From a virus: a stretch of DNA of 30,539 bases. The stretch covers positions 1-30,539 of IMG/VR virus record IMGVR_UViG_3300045988_116817. The stretch is one strand, 5' to 3'. The notes below the pieces were generated by a model. The model ran no database searches, was not told where the DNA came from, and worked only from the letters and a program-made list of their open reading frames with translations. Both the position numbers and the translations under genes were made by a program. Below, one piece after another: positions 1 to 6,594 of the stretch; the stretch's first letter is position 1, and the number at the start of each line of letters is the position of its first letter.

Positions 1-95
1 TGTTTAAATATGAAAAGATGCTTGAATATCCTATTAATATAAAGAAAAAAGATCTTAAAATGGCAAAACTTCTTGCAGATCAGTTAGGTGGACCT
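1..95 (+). pseudogene. cotJC: 5' fragment of a CotJC / manganese-catalase-like spore coat gene, interrupted after about 31 codons (likely host side of a prophage junction)
   Basis: Reading (A)TG TTT AAA TAT GAA AAG gives (M)FKYEKMLEYPINIKKKDLKMAKLLADQLGGP, which resembles the CotJC/Mn-catalase N-terminus (YEKxLQYPVxIxxxNPxLAKxxxxQxGGPDGEL). Resemblance stops after GGP at about nt 95. Confidence 0.6.
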
Positions 96-136
96 AAAAA
101 CAAAAGGGACTTACATACAAAAGGAGAAGAAGAAAT

Positions 137-580
137 ATGTATTGTAAGTTTTTTAAAATTAAACAAAAGAAAGGTTCCAAGTTCTTTTACTGTAAAAAAA
201 CAAATAAAGCTATCAGCCTAAACGAGTGCAAATCATGTATTTATAAGGAATACAAGAAAAGTGTCTCAAACAAGCCAAAAAGGCCTTTAAAACAAATTAG
301 CAAAAAACGTGCTAAATTAGAAAGAAAAAGATTTAGCATATTTACTGATAATTTAGACAAGTGTTATTTCTGTAATAGACCTAGAGATGACTTACACGAA
401 TTGTTAGGCGGTAGAAATAGAAACAATTCTATGAGATATGGTTTAGTGTTACCGGTGTGTAGAGAACACCACAATGAAATACAGCATTCTATAGAATACA
501 AAAAAATGACACAAAAAAAATTCCAGGAAGTTTATCCTGAAATAGATTTTGTTGATATATTTAAGATTAACTATCTTTAA
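137..580 (+). CDS. HNH-like / zinc-binding small phage protein
   Basis: 147 aa ORF with upstream AAGGAGA. N-terminal Cys cluster (YCK..CKSC), then CYFCNRPRDDLHELLGGRNRNNSMRYGLVLPVCREHHNEIQ, a HNH-type CxxC..H..N..C..HH pattern. Confidence 0.65.
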   Translation: MYCKFFKIKQKKGSKFFYCKKTNKAISLNECKSCIYKEYKKSVSNKPKRPLKQISKKRAKLERKRFSIFTDNLDKCYFCNRPRDDLHELLGGRNRNNSMRYGLVLPVCREHHNEIQHSIEYKKMTQKKFQEVYPEIDFVDIFKINYL

Positions 581-603
581 AATTAAACTTTTAAAATTTT
601 ATA

Positions 604-633
604 TTGTAATTTTATGTCGTATTGGTGTATAAT
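604..633 (+). promoter_or_regulatory. Sigma-A-like promoter for the 641-953 RNA
   Basis: TTGTAA (604-609), 18-nt spacer, TATAAT (628-633). Confidence 0.7.
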
Positions 634-640
634 ATCTCTT

Positions 641-953
641 GAGAGCGATATTTAATCGTTGAGTGTTCTCACCTCAGTCCATGTATATTAATTTTTTTAA
701 ATTTTTATAAATGCGAAGGAGGTGGTCCGTATGAGTCATACGAAAGGATTAACCAAGAAATATGGAGTATCTTGTGATGCTCGTAGTGATTCTGGCTGTG
801 CTAGACCACTACACAAACAACGGAAAATAGTAATTGTCTTCTTTAGAAGCAACGAAAAAGAGAACACTTTGTCATCAAAGATTCAGTGTTCTCGAAGCAC
901 AATACAGGACTGAGAGAATACTTAACACAGCAGATTAAATATTGCTCTTTTTT
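641..953 (+). ncRNA. Candidate highly structured ncRNA, about 310 nt, termini paired, ending in a U-run
   Basis: 643-657 pairs with 933-947 (15 bp, one G-U); 658-670 pairs with 914-926 (13 bp, two G-U); 676-680/907-911; 721-727/804-810; hairpin 728-733/737-742; hairpin 838-841/846-849; hairpin 860-868/885-893 (9 bp). TTTTTT at 948-953. Confidence 0.75.
731..913 (+). CDS. Possible 60-aa small protein inside the structured RNA (MSHTKGLTKKYGV...)
   Basis: ATG at 731 preceded by AAGGAGGTG (716-724), a full-length Shine-Dalgarno with good spacing. No recognised domain. May be coincidental because the bases are also in helices. Confidence 0.3.
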   Translation: MSHTKGLTKKYGVSCDARSDSGCARPLHKQRKIVIVFFRSNEKENTLSSKIQCSRSTIQD

Positions 954-1207
954 CATGTCCATTAATATTTTAATCAATAGTTAAGAAAATATAACTATTT
1001 CTTGGTTTAATATATTATCACTTGTACCACTAAATGTCAATACATTTTGTATCACATTTGTATACATTAATATAAATAACTATAGTAACAACATAATCAA
1101 ATTTACTTTTATTAACAAGTACATTATACCACAATTTGTATCACATTTGCAAGTCGTATATGAAAATAATGGAAATTATGGAAATAATGGAATAAATTAA
1201 AGAAAAT

Positions 1208-1248
1208 AAAAAAACTGGTTTTGAATGAAATTATTCACTCTTAACCAG
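1208..1248 (-). terminator. Rho-independent terminator of the late/lysis operon
   Basis: Minus strand: CTGGTT aa GAGTGAA taa TTCATTC aa AACCAG TTTTTTT, directly after the endolysin stop. Confidence 0.85.
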
Positions 1249-1255
1249 AATTTTT

Positions 1256-2035
1256 TTATTCTACTTTAGTAAGTTGGTCTTTGCTTACCCAACCTCTGTC
1301 TCCATTATGTAATGTTTTCCCTACGGAAATATGGTAAGGTCTTTTTGCACCTTCACATATCAAAGTTATATATCTATTATCTGTAGGATCTTTAGGATTA
1401 CCACCATAATTGGCAGTTCTTTTTCCTGTACCATCAGAAGCTTCAGTAGCATAGCCTTTAACACAGACTTTGTCTCCTACTTTAAATTCATCAACTGGAA
1501 TTGGTTCTGGTTTAGGTTCAGGTTTTGGTTCTTCTTTAACAGCTGGATTATAAATAAATCCTCTGAATGTGTATTTACTTCCTATGTCCCATCTACCGTT
1601 TGAATTACTTCTTTTTGCATTATAAAAAGCGCTAATTCCGTAAGCGCTTTCACTCGTATAAATTGTATTATCATCTAGCACTTCTTCTACTATTGCAACG
1701 TGTCCTGCTCCATCGTCAGCATTTCCAACGATTCCTTTAGCCCATACAGCGATTGCACCAGGTTTAGGAGTTTGTCCAACTTCCAAACCAGCCTTTTTAG
1801 CTTTTTCAATAAAACTCTCTGCATTACAATTCAAAGTATTATACTTGTTTCCTTGAAATCCAGTTAGTTCAGTTATAATTTCATTAAACCTACCATTTGC
1901 ATATCCAACACAATTCGCTAGAACATCACACTCCTTATCAGTAGGATGGCCTGGTATACAACTATTCCAACCACCTGACACTTTACGGATAAATGATTTA
2001 TTACCTTTACTAGGTTTACTTGTTCTCTTCGTAAA
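1256..2035 (-). CDS. CHAP-domain endolysin with Pro/Glu/Lys linker and C-terminal cell-wall-binding-like region
   Basis: NCVGYANGRFNEI (CHAP Cys), GHVAIVEEV (CHAP His), PKPEPKPEPIPVDEF linker. Likely start at the internal MFTKR preceded by GGAAGTGAG; the ORF track start is further upstream. Confidence 0.85.
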   Translation of the reverse strand, partial: FTKRTSKPSKGNKSFIRKVSGGWNSCIPGHPTDKECDVLANCVGYANGRFNEIITELTGFQGNKYNTLNCNAESFIEKAKKAGLEVGQTPKPGAIAVWAKGIVGNADDGAGHVAIVEEVLDDNTIYTSESAYGISAFYNAKRSNSNGRWDIGSKYTFRGFIYNPAVKEEPKPEPKPEPIPVDEFKVGDKVCVKGYATEASDGTGKRTANYGGNPKDPTDNRYITLICEGAKRPYHISVGKTLHNGDRGWVSKDQLTKVE

Positions 2036-2123
2036 CATTTTCAATCTCACTTCCTTCCAATAATTCTTTCAAACCGTCTTCATTAACTGTAGTTTGAATT
2101 TCCATTTCTTTTACTTCTTCCAT
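2016..2123 (-). CDS. Small 35-aa protein (MEEVKEMEIQTTVNEDGLKELLEGSEIENVYEENK)
   Basis: AAGGAG upstream of the internal ATG; overlaps the endolysin start out of frame. Confidence 0.4.
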   Translation of the reverse strand: MEEVKEMEIQTTVNEDGLKELLEGSEIENVYEENK

Positions 2124-2124
2124 C

Positions 2125-2436
2125 TTACTCACTCTCCTTTTCCAAAATTGTTCCAAACGATTTAAATATTTTGTCTTCAAATGTCTTATATACTGCATCT
2201 GCACCTATAAAGCTTATTAGTCCTACCCATAATGAATTAATCATATTCAAATCGGTAAACGTTAAACTAAAAAGAGCACCTATAACCATAGACACTCCAA
2301 AAGATGACATTATTATATTTTTGCTATTCTTAAATTTGTATCCTTCTTTTATTTTTTGAACTAATGTAGTAGAAATAATACTACTACCAATTGAAATTAA
2401 CAAAACCTGTTTTAATAAATCAAAATTCATATTCAT
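2125..2436 (-). CDS. Putative holin / small membrane protein
   Basis: 103 aa with three hydrophobic stretches, directly upstream of the endolysin. Confidence 0.55.
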   Translation of the reverse strand: MNMNFDLLKQVLLISIGSSIISTTLVQKIKEGYKFKNSKNIIMSSFGVSMVIGALFSLTFTDLNMINSLWVGLISFIGADAVYKTFEDKIFKSFGTILEKESE

Positions 2437-2445
2437 TCACTCTCC

Positions 2446-2799
2446 TTATAATTTATTTTCTTTAATTAATCTTTCCCATTTATCATGAACGTAACTGTTT
2501 CCACCATGCTTATAATAATAGTCATAAAGTTCATGTGCTCTTATCTTTTGTTCTATTGAAATGGTTTCTTTATCAGCTAATTCCATTAGATTAATCAAAT
2601 CAGTTTTAATGCTTGATAAGTTATTCTTAGATGTTTCTTCTGTTAAGTTTTTTATTTCTTTTCTAATTGGTTCTAGTCTATTATCAATTACTTTTGACAC
2701 ACTTTTAACAGTGCCATTCTTTATGTATTTGATAGAGCCTATCAGGCCTACTAAAAAAGTTAAAGTCTTTGCTATTTCTCCTAAAGTCAAACTCTCCAT
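2446..2799 (-). CDS. Small phage protein with N-terminal TM segment and coiled coil, lysis module
   Basis: N-terminal hydrophobic LTFLVGLIGSIKYI followed by charged helix; position between tail and holin genes. Confidence 0.45.
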   Translation of the reverse strand: MESLTLGEIAKTLTFLVGLIGSIKYIKNGTVKSVSKVIDNRLEPIRKEIKNLTEETSKNNLSSIKTDLINLMELADKETISIEQKIRAHELYDYYYKHGGNSYVHDKWERLIKENKL

Positions 2800-2811
2800 T
2801 TTTACTCCTTC

Positions 2812-3240
2812 CTATTTAATTCCAAATATTTCTACTAAATGTACCCTATCTAAAGTTTTGCCGGCAATGCTCTTTACTTGAAAATAAATTCTGCCATATC
2901 CACCATATGCTAGCCAAAGATAAGCATATCTTGTGTTGTCTATGCCCCAGTAACCAGTATAATAAACACTTTGTGCATAAGTCCATCCAGTGAACGGAAT
3001 TAATATATTTTCACTATCAATTTTGACACGTGCAAAACATACACTGAAATTGTACGGTCTATTAGATGCATTCTCAATATCAACATATACGTTTTCATTT
3101 ACTGCCGTTGGTGTTACATCTCCAGTCCAAATGGTAACATATTTTGGGTCATTTAAATATGATTTTAAATTCTTTGAGTTATGAATACCACCTGCCGTGT
3201 CCAAATATAAGTCGTTTTTAAGTCTTATTGCTTTTCCCAT
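2812..3240 (-). CDS. Tail-associated paralog A
   Basis: N-terminus GKAIRLKNDLYLDT shared with four neighbouring ORFs; beta-rich Tyr/Gly-rich C-terminus. Confidence 0.55.
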   Translation of the reverse strand: MGKAIRLKNDLYLDTAGGIHNSKNLKSYLNDPKYVTIWTGDVTPTAVNENVYVDIENASNRPYNFSVCFARVKIDSENILIPFTGWTYAQSVYYTGYWGIDNTRYAYLWLAYGGYGRIYFQVKSIAGKTLDRVHLVEIFGIK

Positions 3241-3251
3241 AAAAATTATGA

Positions 3252-3584
3252 CTATTTAACTGATACTTCATTTGTAGTCCACGTTCCATTGTTTAAAGTG
3301 CAGATATAGGTTTTGTATGTACTCATTAAGAGAACTTTCCCATACCCCTTATTATAACTTTGATAGAAACCAAAGAATGCATATGCGTTAACAATAGTTG
3401 CCCATCCCATATGAACTTTGTATCCATCTAATTTTTGAAACTTAGATAAAAAGTCATTTACGTTCGTTGCTTCTATCCAGTGTTCTTGACACGTTGTGAA
3501 TAAATAAGCATTCAAACTTTTTTGTCCTTTTACTATGCTTGAACTATCTAAATAAGTATCGTTTGCTAATTTAATACTTTTCAT
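3252..3584 (-). CDS. Tail-associated paralog B
   Basis: N-terminus MKSIKLANDTYLDSSS. Confidence 0.55.
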   Translation of the reverse strand: MKSIKLANDTYLDSSSIVKGQKSLNAYLFTTCQEHWIEATNVNDFLSKFQKLDGYKVHMGWATIVNAYAFFGFYQSYNKGYGKVLLMSTYKTYICTLNNGTWTTNEVSVK

Positions 3585-3600
3585 TTCATTTCGTTAGGTT

Positions 3601-3963
3601 TTAATTCATTTTATACAAAATGGAATTATGAATATAAATATATCTCAGTCCTAAATAAAGTTTATTTCCGGTTGGCGTATAATTTACAGTAATTGTATAT
3701 CTCACTTCATTTCCGTAGTGGTTATAATTAATTTGCGGAAAATTTACATCAGCATTTGATGTATAATCAGGAATAACAGCTAACACGCTATATCCAGTTG
3801 GTACTTCGTCATTTATTACACCTCTAAATGTGTTTCCTTTGGATGCACTTTCACTAACTAATATGCTTCTAAATTGTACTTTAAAAAGTGATTTATCGCC
3901 ACTTCCGATTATTGATAAACTATCCCAAAATGTATTATTAGATAATTTAATTGTTTTAGACAA
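3601..3963 (-). CDS. Tail-associated paralog C
   Basis: N-terminus MSKTIKLSNNTFWDSLS. Confidence 0.55.
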   Translation of the reverse strand: MSKTIKLSNNTFWDSLSIIGSGDKSLFKVQFRSILVSESASKGNTFRGVINDEVPTGYSVLAVIPDYTSNADVNFPQINYNHYGNEVRYTITVNYTPTGNKLYLGLRYIYIHNSILYKMN

Positions 3964-3983
3964 TTAAACCACCACCTAACTTA

Positions 3984-4076
3984 TACCCCCTTTCGGAAGT
4001 ACTTTTGAAAGAAGAATATTTAAGCCATATCCTCCTTTCGTTCTTTTGAAAGAGAGTACGTAATATACCCCCCCCC
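3984..4076 (-). repeat. Intergenic module copy 1: G9 tract, GAAAGGAGG, GNRA hairpin
   Basis: Plus strand C9 at 4068-4076. Minus strand TACTTCC GAAA GGGGGTA hairpin at 4001-3984. Confidence 0.6.
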
Positions 4077-4119
4077 ACGTGCTTGTTTGTTTATCATATT
4101 TTTTAAGACTTATGATATT

Positions 4120-4506
4120 TTAATTGTAACCTACTATCATATAAAGATTATCATTGGTGTTAGTTGCAGTACTTACACTACTTCCGCTTGCGTTTTCTTC
4201 TAAAATATTTCTGAATTCCACATCATTTCCAGTCCAGTAGATATTTGCTGTCCTTTTATTCCAATAAGTGCCACTTGAGCCACCAGTATAAACAATTGTG
4301 GCGGACGTGTGCGCAGAATAATATTCAGCTTTAGCATAACTTCCACCATAATCTCTTCCTCTAGAATAATAAAATTCTAAAATTGAGTATTTAGATAAAT
4401 TTGGTATTGTCTTAGTTTCGCCAATTCTAAAATTGCCTTCCCATAAGATTTCTCCTAATCCATCTTTACCAATTAAAATATCATTTTTTAATTTAATTAC
4501 TTTCAT
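4120..4506 (-). CDS. Tail-associated paralog D
   Basis: N-terminus MKVIKLKNDILIGKDG. Confidence 0.5.
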   Translation of the reverse strand: MKVIKLKNDILIGKDGLGEILWEGNFRIGETKTIPNLSKYSILEFYYSRGRDYGGSYAKAEYYSAHTSATIVYTGGSSGTYWNKRTANIYWTGNDVEFRNILEENASGSSVSTATNTNDNLYMIVGYN

Positions 4507-4542
4507 AAATAAGCGTTTAGTATTTGGCCTAAATCAATTTAC

Positions 4543-5001
4543 TTATAATTCTTCCACTAACATATATGTATATAAATATGTACCTTTTATTGTCGCTTCT
4601 CCAGTAAATGACGGTCTTATAAAACCTCTAACATTCCAATTTTTATTAAGAGTTCCAATTTCTAATGCATTAACAATACCGGTTGCTGCATATTCTTGAT
4701 ATTGCCCATAGTAATTCCCTATTGAAACACTTGGATATGCAGAAGATGGTGCAGACACCATATAAACATGGAGAGTTACTTTCACTCGAACATTACTTTT
4801 GTTACATACTACCATTCCGTCAACTAAAGAAAAATCATTCCCGATTTTGCTTATAACTTTATCAAACGGGATTTTCAGCCACGACCACCCTTCATTACTT
4901 GTAATCGTTGCATTTTGTGATAAAGACACCAAAATAGCTGATTTATTCACACTTGTACTATCTAAATAAATGTCATTTTTAAGTTTAATAGATTTAGACA
5001 T
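4543..5001 (-). CDS. Tail-associated paralog E
   Basis: N-terminus MSKSIKLKNDIYLDSTS. ATG at 5001 with GGAGG upstream; the track start at 5004 is GTG. Confidence 0.55.
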   Translation of the reverse strand: MSKSIKLKNDIYLDSTSVNKSAILVSLSQNATITSNEGWSWLKIPFDKVISKIGNDFSLVDGMVVCNKSNVRVKVTLHVYMVSAPSSAYPSVSIGNYYGQYQEYAATGIVNALEIGTLNKNWNVRGFIRPSFTGEATIKGTYLYTYMLVEEL

Positions 5002-5025
5002 CACACACCTCCAATGATGTGCTAA

Positions 5026-5142
5026 CTAAACACATACACCCCCTTTCGGAAGTGTTATTAGGAGAGCAATTAAATAAGTCTTGCCCTCCTTTCTGGAGAA
5101 GTTGTATAACAACCCCCCCCCCATCATATTATTTTGTTTCAT
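5026..5142 (-). CDS. Possible 38-aa small ORF crossing the G10 tract (MKQNNMMGGGLLYNFSRKEGKTYLIALLITLPKGGVCV)
   Basis: Hand-translated; TAAGGAGG with 8-nt spacing before the ATG. Confidence 0.35.
   Translation of the reverse strand: MKQNNMMGGGLLYNFSRKEGKTYLIALLITLPKGGVCV
5036..5122 (-). repeat. Intergenic module copy 2: G10 tract, GAAAGGAGG, GNRA hairpin
   Basis: Plus strand C10 at 5113-5122. Minus strand ACACTTCC GAAA GGGGGTGT hairpin at 5055-5036. Confidence 0.6.
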
Positions 5143-5155
5143 CGTATCATCCTCC

Positions 5156-6592
5156 TTACCATTCTGAAACAACTTCAAATGCAATAGGTATGCCATTCAC
5201 AAGAATGCATCCATCTTGAAAAACTGCAAACAGTGGAACGCCTTTCGTAATTTCATCTTTATAATTTGTGTTAACAAGTTTATCTGCATAATAAATTATA
5301 AAGTCATATGCTTCCGTATATGGAAAAGTTGAACCACAACTTATGTTGCCTGAATACGCATTTCCACTGATTGTTGGTGTCAAAGTTCCACCAGATGTAT
5401 AACTACTATCACTTTTCTTTTTGTAAGCCCAGCTTAAAGTTAAAGTGTTGGATACACTTCCAAATGATTGATTAAAATAATTACCTTTATATGTCAATTT
5501 AACTTCTGAACCGGTTTGTGTTGTTCTTTTAAAGTCTGCATTTATTGTTAGTGGTATATAGTCAATTAAAGCTGTTGCAGATAAAGTAAATGTCTTACTA
5601 TAACCTCTTGAATTCTTAACATAAATATCTACCGTCTTACTACTAATCTTGTTGAAATCCTTTGTGGTAGTTGAAGTACTAACACTAGTTCCACCTATTT
5701 TTAATTCTGATATTGTAGCTTTACTATCATTTGCTGAACTTGCCCTTATTGAAGTTATAGATACACGACCTATTGAATAACCTTTTACAAGTTTATTAGC
5801 ATCGCCAGTTAAAGCAGTAGTTGTTGAATTTATATCTTTCAACGTACCAGTTAGATAAGGTAAACACTTATCTTCTAAAGCATATATTATAAAACTTGAA
5901 GACACCGAACCAATTAAAAGATCATTTGAATAAGTATTTAACTCTGCTGTTGCAGTAGTACTCTTTCCGGTAAATTCATTATAATAATCCTTTGGAATTT
6001 GAAAAGAATAATCTTTTCCTGTTAACTTTACTTCGCTCGTTTGCAAAATTCCATTTGAATTTATATATTTAACATTTGTGCCACAAGTGATTTTAATTGA
6101 ATGCTTAAAAGAAGTACTAGCAGGTTCAAACCATACTCTTCCATTACCTTCAACATAGCCTGGAGATACATTCGGCCATGTTTCACGTGGAATAGTAGTT
6201 AAAGTCATTGTACCGCTAACGCTCGCTGCCTTTGGTGTGTATGACGCTGTTGACGTTTGCGAATACGTATATTCAACATTAATACTTTTACTTCCATCGG
6301 AATTATGCTTTATTTTGTAATCAGTACCATCGGAATTTTTTAGTTTACCTTCGGCCATTGTAACAGTCGTGTTTTTACCAATACTTCTTTGGGCATAGTT
6401 ACTATATACTTCGATACCATCTATTTTCAATTTAATAGTAGAACCAATATTCGAAAAATTATAATTGTTACTGCTTTGCATTTGAATTTTAAAGTTTAAA
6501 CCGTTGTCATTGCTAGCAGCTTCTACATCCACTTCGGTCAATGTAATAATGCTTTTGTATGCACTATTTGCATGTGTTGCAGTCATTACCAT
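5156..6592 (-). CDS. DUF859-like phage minor structural / tail fibre protein
   Basis: Long Ser/Thr-rich beta protein typical of DUF859 siphovirus structural proteins, with a PRETWPNVSPG segment and C-terminal GVPLFAVFQDGCILVNGIPI. Confidence 0.65.
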   Translation of the reverse strand: MVMTATHANSAYKSIITLTEVDVEAASNDNGLNFKIQMQSSNNYNFSNIGSTIKLKIDGIEVYSNYAQRSIGKNTTVTMAEGKLKNSDGTDYKIKHNSDGSKSINVEYTYSQTSTASYTPKAASVSGTMTLTTIPRETWPNVSPGYVEGNGRVWFEPASTSFKHSIKITCGTNVKYINSNGILQTSEVKLTGKDYSFQIPKDYYNEFTGKSTTATAELNTYSNDLLIGSVSSSFIIYALEDKCLPYLTGTLKDINSTTTALTGDANKLVKGYSIGRVSITSIRASSANDSKATISELKIGGTSVSTSTTTKDFNKISSKTVDIYVKNSRGYSKTFTLSATALIDYIPLTINADFKRTTQTGSEVKLTYKGNYFNQSFGSVSNTLTLSWAYKKKSDSSYTSGGTLTPTISGNAYSGNISCGSTFPYTEAYDFIIYYADKLVNTNYKDEITKGVPLFAVFQDGCILVNGIPIAFEVVSEW

Positions 6593-6594
6593 AA

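Noticed and set aside
18-221. Full-length 67-aa ORF at the left edge as a real gene
   Set aside because: Its first part matches the CotJC N-terminus and its tail simply runs out of frame through the next gene; interpreted as a junction artefact.
641-953. Retron msr-msd RNA
   Set aside because: Paired ends resemble retron a1/a2, but no reverse transcriptase ORF is present nearby.
641-953. Group I/II intron, RNase P, tmRNA or 6S RNA
   Set aside because: I could not find the diagnostic cores (group II domain V, RNase P CRI/CRV, tmRNA TGGATTCGAC) and the multi-hairpin interior does not fit 6S RNA.
1172-1198. Short ATGGAAATW tandem repeat
   Set aside because: Three imperfect 9-nt units in AT-rich spacer; too short and degenerate to claim function.
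1331-1603. Plus-strand antisense ORFs (also 2561..2881, 6837..7255, 8734..9489, 15221..15643, 19534..19758, 29747..30208)
   Set aside because: Each mirrors a well-supported minus-strand gene in AT-rich DNA and shows no recognisable product.
5019-5219. Plus-strand ORF across the C10 tract
   Set aside because: Antisense to the gap and the DUF859-like gene, with proline runs produced by the C tract; not supported.
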